Assembly: GCA_964428555.1 (NCBI GenBank)
Contig: CAYRYS010000002.1
Location: 1,086-65,085 of the forward strand
Direction: 5' to 3'
DNA length: 64,000 nt
Origin: an uncultured Spirochaetales bacterium
GTDB lineage: Bacteria > Spirochaetota > Spirochaetia > CAYRYS01
The notes under the pieces were generated by a model that worked only from the letters and a program-made list of their open reading frames with translations, did not search any database and had not been told where the DNA came from. A program made the position numbers and the translations under genes. Below are positions 42,702 through 51,124 of the stretch, piece by piece. Numbering within the stretch: the first letter of the stretch is position 1; each line of letters opens with the position of its first letter.

Positions 42702-44603
42702 ATGATTATTATCCTTCAGAAAGATGTTAAAACTGAAGAAAAGTTCAGGATCCGTGAATTCCTTGTAAAGCATGGATTCAAAGTAAAGGAAATTGTCGGA
42801 GAAGAAGAGACGATCTTCGGAGCAGTAGGCCAGATGACAATTGATCACAGGGAAGTGCTGGTGCTGCCGGGTGTAGACCGGGTAATACCGATCAGCAAGC
42901 CCTATAAGCTTGCTTCCAGAGAACTGAAAAAAGAAGATACGATCATAAATATCGGCCCTGTCAAGATTGGCGGTGCAAGAATTACTGTCATTGCCGGTCC
43001 CTGTGCAATAGAGAGCAGAGAATCTATTCTTGAGGCAGCATATGCTGTGCGTGAGTCAGGGGCTGTAATGCTACGGGGCGGAGCGTTTAAGCCTCGTACA
43101 TCTCCTTATTCTTTTCAGGGGCTTGGGGAAGAGGGGCTTCGGTATCTGAAAGAAGCAGGAGATGCTGTAGGAATACCTGTTGCAACAGAAATTGTTTCAA
43201 CTGACCATATCCCGGTTATGTCAGAATATGTGGATGTCTTTCAAATCGGTGCTCGGAATATGCAGAATTTTGAGCTTTTGAAAAAGGTCGGAGCGTTAGG
43301 AAAGCCGGTTATTTTGAAGCGGGGTCTATCGGCAACTATTCAGGAATGGCTCATGGCTGCTGAATATCTCATGGCTCATGGTACTGATGATGTAATTCTC
43401 TGTGAAAGAGGAATCCGGACTTTTGAAACCTATACCAGAAACACACTGGATCTTTCTGCTATTCCGGTTGTAAAAAAGCTTAGCCACCTCCCTGTTATTG
43501 TTGATCCGAGCCATGCAACAGGTATTAGAGAGAAAGTCCCGCCAATGGGACTTGCTGCAGTAGCAGCTGGAGCAGACGGGCTATTGGTAGAAGTCCATCC
43601 AAGGCCTGAGAAGGCAATGTCTGATGGTGCTCAGTCGCTCTACCCGGAACAGTTTGAAAAACTCATGCGTGACGTTGAAGCACTTTCTCCAGTGGTAGGA
43701 AAAGAGGTAGCACGGCTCCCAAAATCCCGGTCTGTACAGATTTCTGTAGAAAAGGCAATAAGCGAGGATGTTGCTTCTCCACATCTGCAGGTTGCCTTTC
43801 AAGGGGAACGAGGTGCTTTTAGTGAAATGGCTGCTGAGCACTTTTTTTCTCAATCAGATCATACAGCACTCCCCCAGCAGCACTTTAAGGATGTTTTTGA
43901 AACAGTCCTGGCCGGAGATGCGGATTTCGGAATTGTGCCCATAGAAAACTCGCTTGCAGGCTCTATTCATGAGAATTATGATCTTCTGTTACAGTACCCG
44001 GATATTCATATTGTGGGAGAGCAAAAGATCAGAATTGAGCATTGTCTAATCGGTCTCCCTGAAGCAGAAATAGCACAGATAGGGAAGGTTTTTTCCCATC
44101 CCCAGGGTCTTGCTCAGTGTGCAGATTTTTTAGAAGAGCACCCTTCGTGGCAGCGGGTACCATTTTATGACACAGCAGGTTCTGTTGCTCATATTGCAGC
44201 GGAAAATACTTCAGGTAATGCTGCAATTGCCAGTAGGGTTGCAGCAGAAGCATATAATATGCAGATCCTTAAAGAGGGCATTGAAACAAACCCCCGGAAT
44301 TACACCAAATTCTTTATTATTGCGAGAAAAGAACGGGATTTAGGTTTTGTTCCGAACATGGTCTCTTTTGTTTTTTCTACTCCGGATGAACCTGGAGCAT
44401 TATTTGCCTGCTTAAAAGTCCTTACTGAGGCAAAGCTAAATATGAAAAAGCTTGAGTCCAGGCCTATTCAGGGCAAACCGTGGCAGTATATGTTTTATGT
44501 GGATGTGGAGATCCCTTCAGAGGACTACGATATAGCCCCTGCTATCCAGAATCTTAAAGAGAAAAGCAGAGATCTTCGGGTGTTAGGCCAGTATAGATCG
44601 TAA
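42702..44603 (+). CDS. fusion protein: ferredoxin-like regulatory domain - type I-beta DAHP synthase - prephenate dehydratase - ACT domain
   Basis: DAHPS core: IAGPCAIESRE, LRGGAFKPRTSPYSFQG, FQIGARNMQNF, VILKRG, IVDPSH. From aa ~363 the PDT region is VAFQGERGAFSE...FGIVPIENSLAGSI...TKFFII. The ACT/ESRP region is FSTPDEPGALFACLKVL...KLESRPIQGKPWQYMFYVD. Confidence 0.85.
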   Translation: MIIILQKDVKTEEKFRIREFLVKHGFKVKEIVGEEETIFGAVGQMTIDHREVLVLPGVDRVIPISKPYKLASRELKKEDTIINIGPVKIGGARITVIAGPCAIESRESILEAAYAVRESGAVMLRGGAFKPRTSPYSFQGLGEEGLRYLKEAGDAVGIPVATEIVSTDHIPVMSEYVDVFQIGARNMQNFELLKKVGALGKPVILKRGLSATIQEWLMAAEYLMAHGTDDVILCERGIRTFETYTRNTLDLSAIPVVKKLSHLPVIVDPSHATGIREKVPPMGLAAVAAGADGLLVEVHPRPEKAMSDGAQSLYPEQFEKLMRDVEALSPVVGKEVARLPKSRSVQISVEKAISEDVASPHLQVAFQGERGAFSEMAAEHFFSQSDHTALPQQHFKDVFETVLAGDADFGIVPIENSLAGSIHENYDLLLQYPDIHIVGEQKIRIEHCLIGLPEAEIAQIGKVFSHPQGLAQCADFLEEHPSWQRVPFYDTAGSVAHIAAENTSGNAAIASRVAAEAYNMQILKEGIETNPRNYTKFFIIARKERDLGFVPNMVSFVFSTPDEPGALFACLKVLTEAKLNMKKLESRPIQGKPWQYMFYVDVEIPSEDYDIAPAIQNLKEKSRDLRVLGQYRS

Positions 44604-44613
44604 GTATCAGATA

Positions 44614-46035
44614 TTAAGACGGGTTGGTTTTAATTCCCAATTTCTTCATCTGTTCGAATTCCTCTTTTTCTGCAACATACTCGTGTTTCTTTTGGTTTGC
44701 CTTTGTCATACTGTTCTTAATTGCATTCAGTTCCAGTTTTATTCCTCTGAGTTTGTTTCTCTGTTCCCGCGGTATTTCAGATTTGAAAAAAGTATCTAAA
44801 GCCGCCATTCTCCTGTGGAGGAGCTGAACTTCTTCCAGGTTTTGATTCAAAAAATCAAAGAGCTGGTCTTCCTTTGCATTGCTTAGCTTCTTAAAAGCAG
44901 GAGACATCTTATTATTGAATCCGGACAAGAGCTTTGCTTTTTTTTCTGCTTCTTCGATAAACTGGTAAAAGTTTAGCTTCTCAGTTTTTGTTGCTGAAGT
45001 TGTAATATCAAAGAACTCTACTTCATAAATGAGTTTAGTATTTTCCCCTTGGACCATCTTTATAATCCAGTTTTTTAGCATTTCTCCAAAACTTTTTTTT
45101 CTGCTCGAAAGCAAGTTGCTGTTATCTGTCAGCTTTTTCACAGCATCATCAATCTGATAGGTTGCGCTTGCAAGTACACGCATTGCTTCAACGAGATGGT
45201 GCTTAAAAGTGACTTCCTTCTCTTCCTGCTCCGGTTTGTTTGATTGAACTGCGAGCTTTTTCAGAAGCGATGTTTGCAGGGTTTGGGAATCAGGAGAATG
45301 GTCTTCATCGAAAATCTCGCGGATAAGCTCAGGGTAAAAGGGCTTGTCCCCCAAGCGCTGGCTGAATCCACGTTTGACCAGTTTCATTGCTTCTTCCGGC
45401 TTTCTTGCAACAACACTAGGATCAAGGTTTATCTGGGAAATTACCTCTTCCCGCACTGTGAGTTTGTACTCTTCCCTGTGAAATCCGGTCAGTGCCTTTA
45501 AAATGGAGAGTGCCTGTTTAGAAGACTTGTCTAGTTGAGTAATCGAGTCTGATATAATTCCGGTTGAGAGGTTGTCCGTACCTTGCTTTACCTTGTTTAG
45601 CAGCTCTGCTAATACCCTGGTATTTAAACTGGTTGATGATTCAGAAAGGCTGGACCACCGAATATATTTTGTTAAAGCTATCAATTTTTTTATGCGCTTT
45701 AGTGAAAGGAAATTGATACTGAACTGGTAGTAGTTAACGAGAAATTCCAGCTGAGATTCATAGTCGGATAATCGTACAGAAATAGCGTCAGCTTTCTCTG
45801 ACTCCAGAAAAGGCCCTTCTGCAGGTGTAGATACCTCGGATATCTTTTGATCATATTTATAGGGGTCTTCGTGGATCAGCCCCTTTCTCATGAGAACATT
45901 AAAAACAGCTTGGAACGAGGAATACATAATTTGATATTGTTCCTTGAGTTTCGGCAGCTGCTTTTTTTCGATAAACTCTTTACGCTCTTCTATTACACGA
46001 GCTAGTTCATCTTGAAAGTTGTTATTATCTGTCAT
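44614..46035 (-). CDS. hypothetical protein (473 aa, largely alpha-helical/coiled coil, soluble)
   Basis: A long ORF with coding-like composition. No motif recognised. It is convergent with the aro/phe fusion gene, with a 10-nt gap. Confidence 0.6.
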   Translation of the reverse strand: MTDNNNFQDELARVIEERKEFIEKKQLPKLKEQYQIMYSSFQAVFNVLMRKGLIHEDPYKYDQKISEVSTPAEGPFLESEKADAISVRLSDYESQLEFLVNYYQFSINFLSLKRIKKLIALTKYIRWSSLSESSTSLNTRVLAELLNKVKQGTDNLSTGIISDSITQLDKSSKQALSILKALTGFHREEYKLTVREEVISQINLDPSVVARKPEEAMKLVKRGFSQRLGDKPFYPELIREIFDEDHSPDSQTLQTSLLKKLAVQSNKPEQEEKEVTFKHHLVEAMRVLASATYQIDDAVKKLTDNSNLLSSRKKSFGEMLKNWIIKMVQGENTKLIYEVEFFDITTSATKTEKLNFYQFIEEAEKKAKLLSGFNNKMSPAFKKLSNAKEDQLFDFLNQNLEEVQLLHRRMAALDTFFKSEIPREQRNKLRGIKLELNAIKNSMTKANQKKHEYVAEKEEFEQMKKLGIKTNPS

Positions 46036-46101
46036 ATTCTTATCCCAACGCTTCTATTATCGGACATATTGCCCGAACAGGCAAATTTTAGGTAGTATTT
46101 T

Positions 46102-46635
46102 ATGGGAAATATACAGAAATTTCAAAAGGAAAAGCTAATAATCGGTGTTTTATTGAGTAATCTTGATGAAATCTCATCAGTTAAAGCATGGCTGATTCCG
46201 GAGTATGGAGAGATTGACTATGAATCTGAGCCGCTTCTGTTTACCTATACAAAGTATTACACAAAGGAAATGGGCACCGAAATTTACCGCATATTCCTAT
46301 CGTTTAAGAATCTTATTTCCCCTGAACGGCTCTCAGATATTAAAATATTTACAAACACCCTTGAACAGCGCTTTGCTTTTGCGGGTGCGCGAAAGGTGAA
46401 TCTTGACCCTGGTATTCTAAACAATAGCAGGCTCATACTTGCCTCTACAAAAGATAATGTACAGCGGGTTCCTCTTAAAAAGGGGATTTTTGCAGAGATT
46501 ACTCTCCAATATATGCATGGCGAGTTTGTCGATCTTTTTTGGACATATCCTGATTATAAAAGTGAAGAGTATAAACAAATTCTTTCAGAAATACGAAAAA
46601 AATATAGCCTGCAGCTGAAGCAGGAAGAAAAATAG
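46102..46635 (+). CDS. DUF4416 family protein
   Basis: YYTKEMG, RKVNLDPGIL, LASTKDN and WTYPDYKSEEY match the DUF4416 consensus as I remember it. 177 aa. Confidence 0.7.
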   Translation: MGNIQKFQKEKLIIGVLLSNLDEISSVKAWLIPEYGEIDYESEPLLFTYTKYYTKEMGTEIYRIFLSFKNLISPERLSDIKIFTNTLEQRFAFAGARKVNLDPGILNNSRLILASTKDNVQRVPLKKGIFAEITLQYMHGEFVDLFWTYPDYKSEEYKQILSEIRKKYSLQLKQEEK

Positions 46636-46651
46636 CCGCGTATTAATAGGT

Positions 46652-47386
46652 ATGTACCGAATTATACTTTTTTCTATTGTTTTTACTTCCTGTTCTGTGT
46701 TTTCCCCAAACACTGCTGTGGATATAACAGTCCAGGAGGTTCCTTATGTTTGGAAGGGTTTGGAACAGCACCTGAGTTATTCCCTTTTTGTGTATTCACC
46801 CGACGGTCAGGTCCAAGAGTTTTGCCTGAGTCCGGGAGAAGTGATCAGATATGAAGCACAAAAAAACTACAATACTGCTTTTTTAGCGTATCCTGAATAT
46901 CAAGGTCTCCCTCTCCGTTTTCGGCCCGCAGGTTCTGTATGGCCGGATGGTTTGACTGAGGACGGAGGGTTGGTGTTAACCTGGGACCAGGGCTCCCTTG
47001 CAGCAGTTGTTGCTAAAACTCAGAGGTTATGCAGGGAAACTGTAAATACCGGGAGACTGAGTTCAGAGATTGCAGAACGCTGCATGGAGAACCCCTGGGC
47101 TTTTGATATTGACCGAACCTGCAGGGCTTTGTCGGAAAGCGGTTTTTCTGCGCGGCTTCTTGATCCCATTGATCCGGTGGATGTTGAGATGTCTTTGCCC
47201 GCAGGCTCGTGGATTTTTACCAATCCATTTCTGCCTATTCTCAATGCAAGGGGAGAGCCGGAAATGTATTCATTCATCTCCGGATATTATCAAGCAGTTT
47301 CTATTGATACATCTGCCTATTTATCCTTTCTTATAGATGAGGAAGGGGCTGTAGAAGTTCTCCGCTTAGATGTAAATAATTTGTGA
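46652..47386 (+). CDS. hypothetical lipoprotein
   Basis: Leader MYRIILFSIVFTSC. No other recognisable motif. Its 3' end overlaps the convergent peptidase gene by 21 nt. Confidence 0.55.
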   Translation: MYRIILFSIVFTSCSVFSPNTAVDITVQEVPYVWKGLEQHLSYSLFVYSPDGQVQEFCLSPGEVIRYEAQKNYNTAFLAYPEYQGLPLRFRPAGSVWPDGLTEDGGLVLTWDQGSLAAVVAKTQRLCRETVNTGRLSSEIAERCMENPWAFDIDRTCRALSESGFSARLLDPIDPVDVEMSLPAGSWIFTNPFLPILNARGEPEMYSFISGYYQAVSIDTSAYLSFLIDEEGAVEVLRLDVNNL

Positions 47387-48475
47387 CTTTGTTGGTATTT
47401 CCGGGCCCTGGGAAGTAATAATTACATCGTTTTCCAAACGGACCCCGCCTGCTTCCTGGTCATACAGGCCCGGCTCTATTGCAAGCACCATATTCTCTTT
47501 CAATTTCATGCTGCACTTTTCTCTTGTTCTAAATACAGGCAGCTCATGGGCTTCCAGGCCGATACCATGACCCAATGCGTGTGGCATTGAATAGCTGTTT
47601 TGCTTGAAAAAGTCCTGAATTTCACCAGTGATTTTCGTGGAATCAGCCCCAATTATGCATGAGCGGACGGCTTTTTTATAAGCTTCTTCCACAAGACTGC
47701 ACATGGTGCTTTGTTTTTGGGAAAGGGGGCCGCTGGCAATAGTCATGGTGATGTCAGTCCGGTAGCCGTTATAGTTAACGCCAAAGTCAATAATAGTAAG
47801 GCCCTTGCTTTGAATAGAACCGGAGGTATAGGCTGGAAATGCGTGTATACCCCAGCTTCTTTCAGGTCCTGCGCAAAGGGTTTCAAATCCAGTACCTTCG
47901 CACCCCAGTTCCCTGCATCGTTTTTCAATATGCATTGCTGTATCGAATTCTGTTTTTAGTGTACCTGCTTTAATTCCTGAAACAATTTCTCTCCGGATTT
48001 CTTCAGTTATTTCCCATGCAGTCCTGTATGTTTCTATCTCTTCCGTGGTTTTTACTGAGCGCATCTCCTGTAAAAAAGTGCTGAAACCATGATCCTTACA
48101 TACAGTACTGATTTCAGGAAGCTCTTTCTGTAACTCCAGCATGAGAGGGTAGGGGGTTGAGCTTTGGAATTCTGCCTTTTCATTCGCAGCCTTTTTTAGT
48201 ATATGTTTAGAAGCATTGGTAATTTTTCTTTCAAAATCTGTGTATGGGATAATTTTACTGCATACAGCTATTTTTTCTGCAAGGTGAAGGTCCCATGGAA
48301 CAAGGATTACCTCTCCGGATGCAAAGAAAAAAAGCAGAGCATCCCCTGGATGCCCTGTAAGATACCGTATTGATATATTCCGTCTGCCCTCTGTGTCTTC
48401 AAGTACTGCTGCTGCAAGTCCATGCTGTCTCAGATATTGGGCTGCAGCTTCTTGTCGTTTTGTATATTCATTCAT
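47366..48475 (-). CDS. M24 family metallopeptidase (Xaa-Pro aminopeptidase/dipeptidase type)
   Basis: Pita-bread fold metal ligand segments: DFGVNYNGYRTDITMT, HALGHGIGLEAHELP, LAIEPGLY, VRLENDV. The start overlaps the leuS stop (TAATG). Confidence 0.85.
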   Translation of the reverse strand: MNEYTKRQEAAAQYLRQHGLAAAVLEDTEGRRNISIRYLTGHPGDALLFFFASGEVILVPWDLHLAEKIAVCSKIIPYTDFERKITNASKHILKKAANEKAEFQSSTPYPLMLELQKELPEISTVCKDHGFSTFLQEMRSVKTTEEIETYRTAWEITEEIRREIVSGIKAGTLKTEFDTAMHIEKRCRELGCEGTGFETLCAGPERSWGIHAFPAYTSGSIQSKGLTIIDFGVNYNGYRTDITMTIASGPLSQKQSTMCSLVEEAYKKAVRSCIIGADSTKITGEIQDFFKQNSYSMPHALGHGIGLEAHELPVFRTREKCSMKLKENMVLAIEPGLYDQEAGGVRLENDVIITSQGPEIPTKSQIIYI

Positions 48476-50904
48476 TAGCTGACCACTATGTTTACCAGTT
48501 TATTCGGCACAGTTATCACTTTACGAACTGTCTTTCCTTCTGTCCACTCAGCTATTCTCTCATTTGCAAATGCAAGACGCTCAAGCTCGTCCTTGGGCAG
48601 GTCCCGTTCAACCTGAAGTTTTGCCCGAACTTTACCATTGACCTGGACTACTACTGTGAGCTCTTCATCCTTGGTCAGCTCTTCCTGCCATTGAGGCCAC
48701 TCTGCATTGGATATCGATGCTTTATTTCCCAGCTTCTCCCAAAGTTCTTCACCAAGATGGGGGGCATAGGGCGCTAACAGCTGGACGAATGGCTCCCATA
48801 TTGCTCTGGGTAAGTCATCAATCTTAAAAACTTCGTTTATGAATATCATCATTTGAGCAATTGCTGTGTTGAATTCAAGGTTTCCGGTGTCCTGGGATAC
48901 CTTTTTTATAGTTTTATGGAGGATCTTCAATTCGTTTTTTGTTGGTTCTCTGTCAGATAATTCTCGTTCAGATGTACGCCATACCCTATCCAAAAAGCGG
49001 TGGATTCCCGCAAGCCCGGAGGTGGACCATGGTTTTGATGTTTCAAGCGGTCCCATAAACATTTCATACATACGCATTGAGTCAGCGCCAAAGTCTCTCA
49101 CAATATCATCAGGGTTGATAACATTTCCCAACGACTTTGACATCTTCACTCCGCCTTCTCCAAGAATCATGCCCTGGTTCACCAGGCGTTGAAACGGCTC
49201 ATCATTTGCAACAAAACCGAGATCAAAAAGCACCTTATGCCAAAACCGTGAGTAGAGGAGGTGAAGAACAGCGTGTTCTGCTCCTCCAACGTATAAGTCC
49301 ACTGGCATCCAGTAATCAATCTTGTCTTTTGCTGCAAATTCTTTTTTATTGTGGGGGTCAAGGTACCGTAGATAGTACCAGCAGGAGCCTGCCCATTGGG
49401 GCATGGTGTTTGTTTCCCGTTTTCCCGGTCCTCCGCAAGATGGACATTCGGTGTTTACCCAGTCTTCAATTGCTGCTAAAGGAGATTCTCCTGTGCCTGT
49501 AGGTTTATAACTCTCAACCTCAGGCAGCTTTAGCGGCAGCTTGCTCTCAGGTACAGGTACTATACCGCATTTTTCGCAATGTACTAATGGAATTGGTTCA
49601 CCCCAGTACCGCTGTCTTGAAAAAATCCAGTCCCTGAGCTTGTAGTTTACCGCACGTTCTCCAAAGTTTTGTTCAGAAAGCCATGAGATAATCGCTTCTT
49701 TAAATTCTGCTGTCTTCATTCCTGAGAACTGTCCGGAGTTTACTGCTATTCCTTCTTCTGTAAATGCTTCTTTTAAGTCACCAGCTTTGCCGTCTTTTGA
49801 TACGACTTGGATAATAGGAAGGCCGAATTCTTTCGCGAACTCCCAATCCCTTTCGTCATGGCCAGGAACAGCCATAATAGCACCTGTACCATAGGAAATG
49901 AGGATATAGTCGGAAATCCAGATAGGAATTTTCTCTCCATTTACCGGATTTACTGCAAATGCGCCGGTAAAAACACCGGTTTTTCCTTTTGCAAGGTCTG
50001 TGCGTTCGAGATCGGATTTTAATTTTGCTTTGTCTACATAGTGCCTTACGTCTTCCTTTTGCTCCTCTGTGGTTATTTCTTCAACAAAGGGGTGCTCTGG
50101 TGCAAGAACCATATATGTAGCACCGAAAAGGGTGTCCGGTCGTGTAGTGTATACCTCAAGGGAATCTTCTCTTCCTTCGATCTGAAATTTAACATTAGCA
50201 CCCACACTTTTCCCAATCCAGTTTCTCTGCATTGCTTTGATAGAGTCTGACCAGTTGAGTTTGTCTAGGCCTTCAAGGAGCTTCTCTGCATAGGCAGTTA
50301 TTTTCCGCATCCACTGGCGCAAGGGTTTACGCTCTACCGGATGGTTGCCCCGTTCTGAACGTGGGCCTTCCGGGGTGTTCAGTACTTCTTCGTTTGCAAG
50401 CACTGTACCCAACTCTGCGCAGTACCACATCGGGATTTCTGCTACATAGGCGAGACCTTTTTTATACAGCTGAAGGAAAATCCATTGGGTCCATTTGTAG
50501 TATTCTGCAGTGTGAGTAGAAACTTCCCGAGACCAGTCATAGGAAAATCCAAGAGACTTGATCTGCTTGCGGAACTGCTCAATGTTCTTTTCAGTAGTTA
50601 CTTTTGGATGGGTGCCTGTCTGAACTGCATAGTTTTCAGCAGGAAGCCCGAAAGAGTCAAAGCCCATTGGATGCAGGACTTTGTATCCGTTCATTCTTAG
50701 ATACCTGCAGTAAATATCCGTAGCTGTATAGCCTTCAGGGTGGCCGACATGGAGCCCCTGAGCTGAGGGGTAGGGAAACATATCCAGTACGTATTTTCTC
50801 TTCTCTTTTGGCACTGAAGGATCTTCTTTTACTGAAAAGGTCTTGTTGTCCTCCCAGTATTTTTGCCATTTCTGCTCAATTTTGGTGAAATCGTAGTTAT
50901 TCAT
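48475..50904 (-). CDS. leuS: leucine--tRNA ligase
   Basis: [16 protein letters not shown] (HIGH motif), VKMSKSLGN (KMSKS motif), a CP1 editing domain and Zn-type Cys pairs (CEKCG, CPSCGG). 809 aa. Confidence 0.97.
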   Translation of the reverse strand: MNNYDFTKIEQKWQKYWEDNKTFSVKEDPSVPKEKRKYVLDMFPYPSAQGLHVGHPEGYTATDIYCRYLRMNGYKVLHPMGFDSFGLPAENYAVQTGTHPKVTTEKNIEQFRKQIKSLGFSYDWSREVSTHTAEYYKWTQWIFLQLYKKGLAYVAEIPMWYCAELGTVLANEEVLNTPEGPRSERGNHPVERKPLRQWMRKITAYAEKLLEGLDKLNWSDSIKAMQRNWIGKSVGANVKFQIEGREDSLEVYTTRPDTLFGATYMVLAPEHPFVEEITTEEQKEDVRHYVDKAKLKSDLERTDLAKGKTGVFTGAFAVNPVNGEKIPIWISDYILISYGTGAIMAVPGHDERDWEFAKEFGLPIIQVVSKDGKAGDLKEAFTEEGIAVNSGQFSGMKTAEFKEAIISWLSEQNFGERAVNYKLRDWIFSRQRYWGEPIPLVHCEKCGIVPVPESKLPLKLPEVESYKPTGTGESPLAAIEDWVNTECPSCGGPGKRETNTMPQWAGSCWYYLRYLDPHNKKEFAAKDKIDYWMPVDLYVGGAEHAVLHLLYSRFWHKVLFDLGFVANDEPFQRLVNQGMILGEGGVKMSKSLGNVINPDDIVRDFGADSMRMYEMFMGPLETSKPWSTSGLAGIHRFLDRVWRTSERELSDREPTKNELKILHKTIKKVSQDTGNLEFNTAIAQMMIFINEVFKIDDLPRAIWEPFVQLLAPYAPHLGEELWEKLGNKASISNAEWPQWQEELTKDEELTVVVQVNGKVRAKLQVERDLPKDELERLAFANERIAEWTEGKTVRKVITVPNKLVNIVVS

Positions 50905-50957
50905 AATTGAAAATATCCTTTACAAGGTTGATGGTCAATATTGCCACTGTATCCGTA

Positions 50958-50986
50958 ATTTTATCCAAAGAACACTGTTTTGACAA
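50958..50986 (-). promoter_or_regulatory. sigma70-type promoter candidate (TTGTCA - 17 nt - TAAAAT) for leuS
   Basis: On the minus strand, -35 is at 50986..50981 and -10 at 50963..50958, about 50 nt upstream of the leuS ATG. Confidence 0.4.
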
Positions 50987-51124
50987 TGCAGCGGACAGGA
51001 ATTCAGTAACCCTAAAAAATACGGTTCTTTAAGCTGGTGTGTAGAGATAACTAGTATAGGGCTGTGTAATCTTTGAATCCTTGGAGGGGTTCTCTCAGCG
51101 TTTATCCTGATATTTCCATGCCTG

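Noticed and set aside
50905-51124. A possible T-box or other leader RNA in the 220-bp region upstream of leuS, and the 71-aa ORF at 50935..51150.
   Set aside because: I could not find a specifier loop or T-box consensus (AGAGA / GGUGGUACCGCG-like) or a terminator/antiterminator pair. A plain promoter about 50 nt from the ATG explains the region. The 71-aa ORF has no SD and a poor composition.
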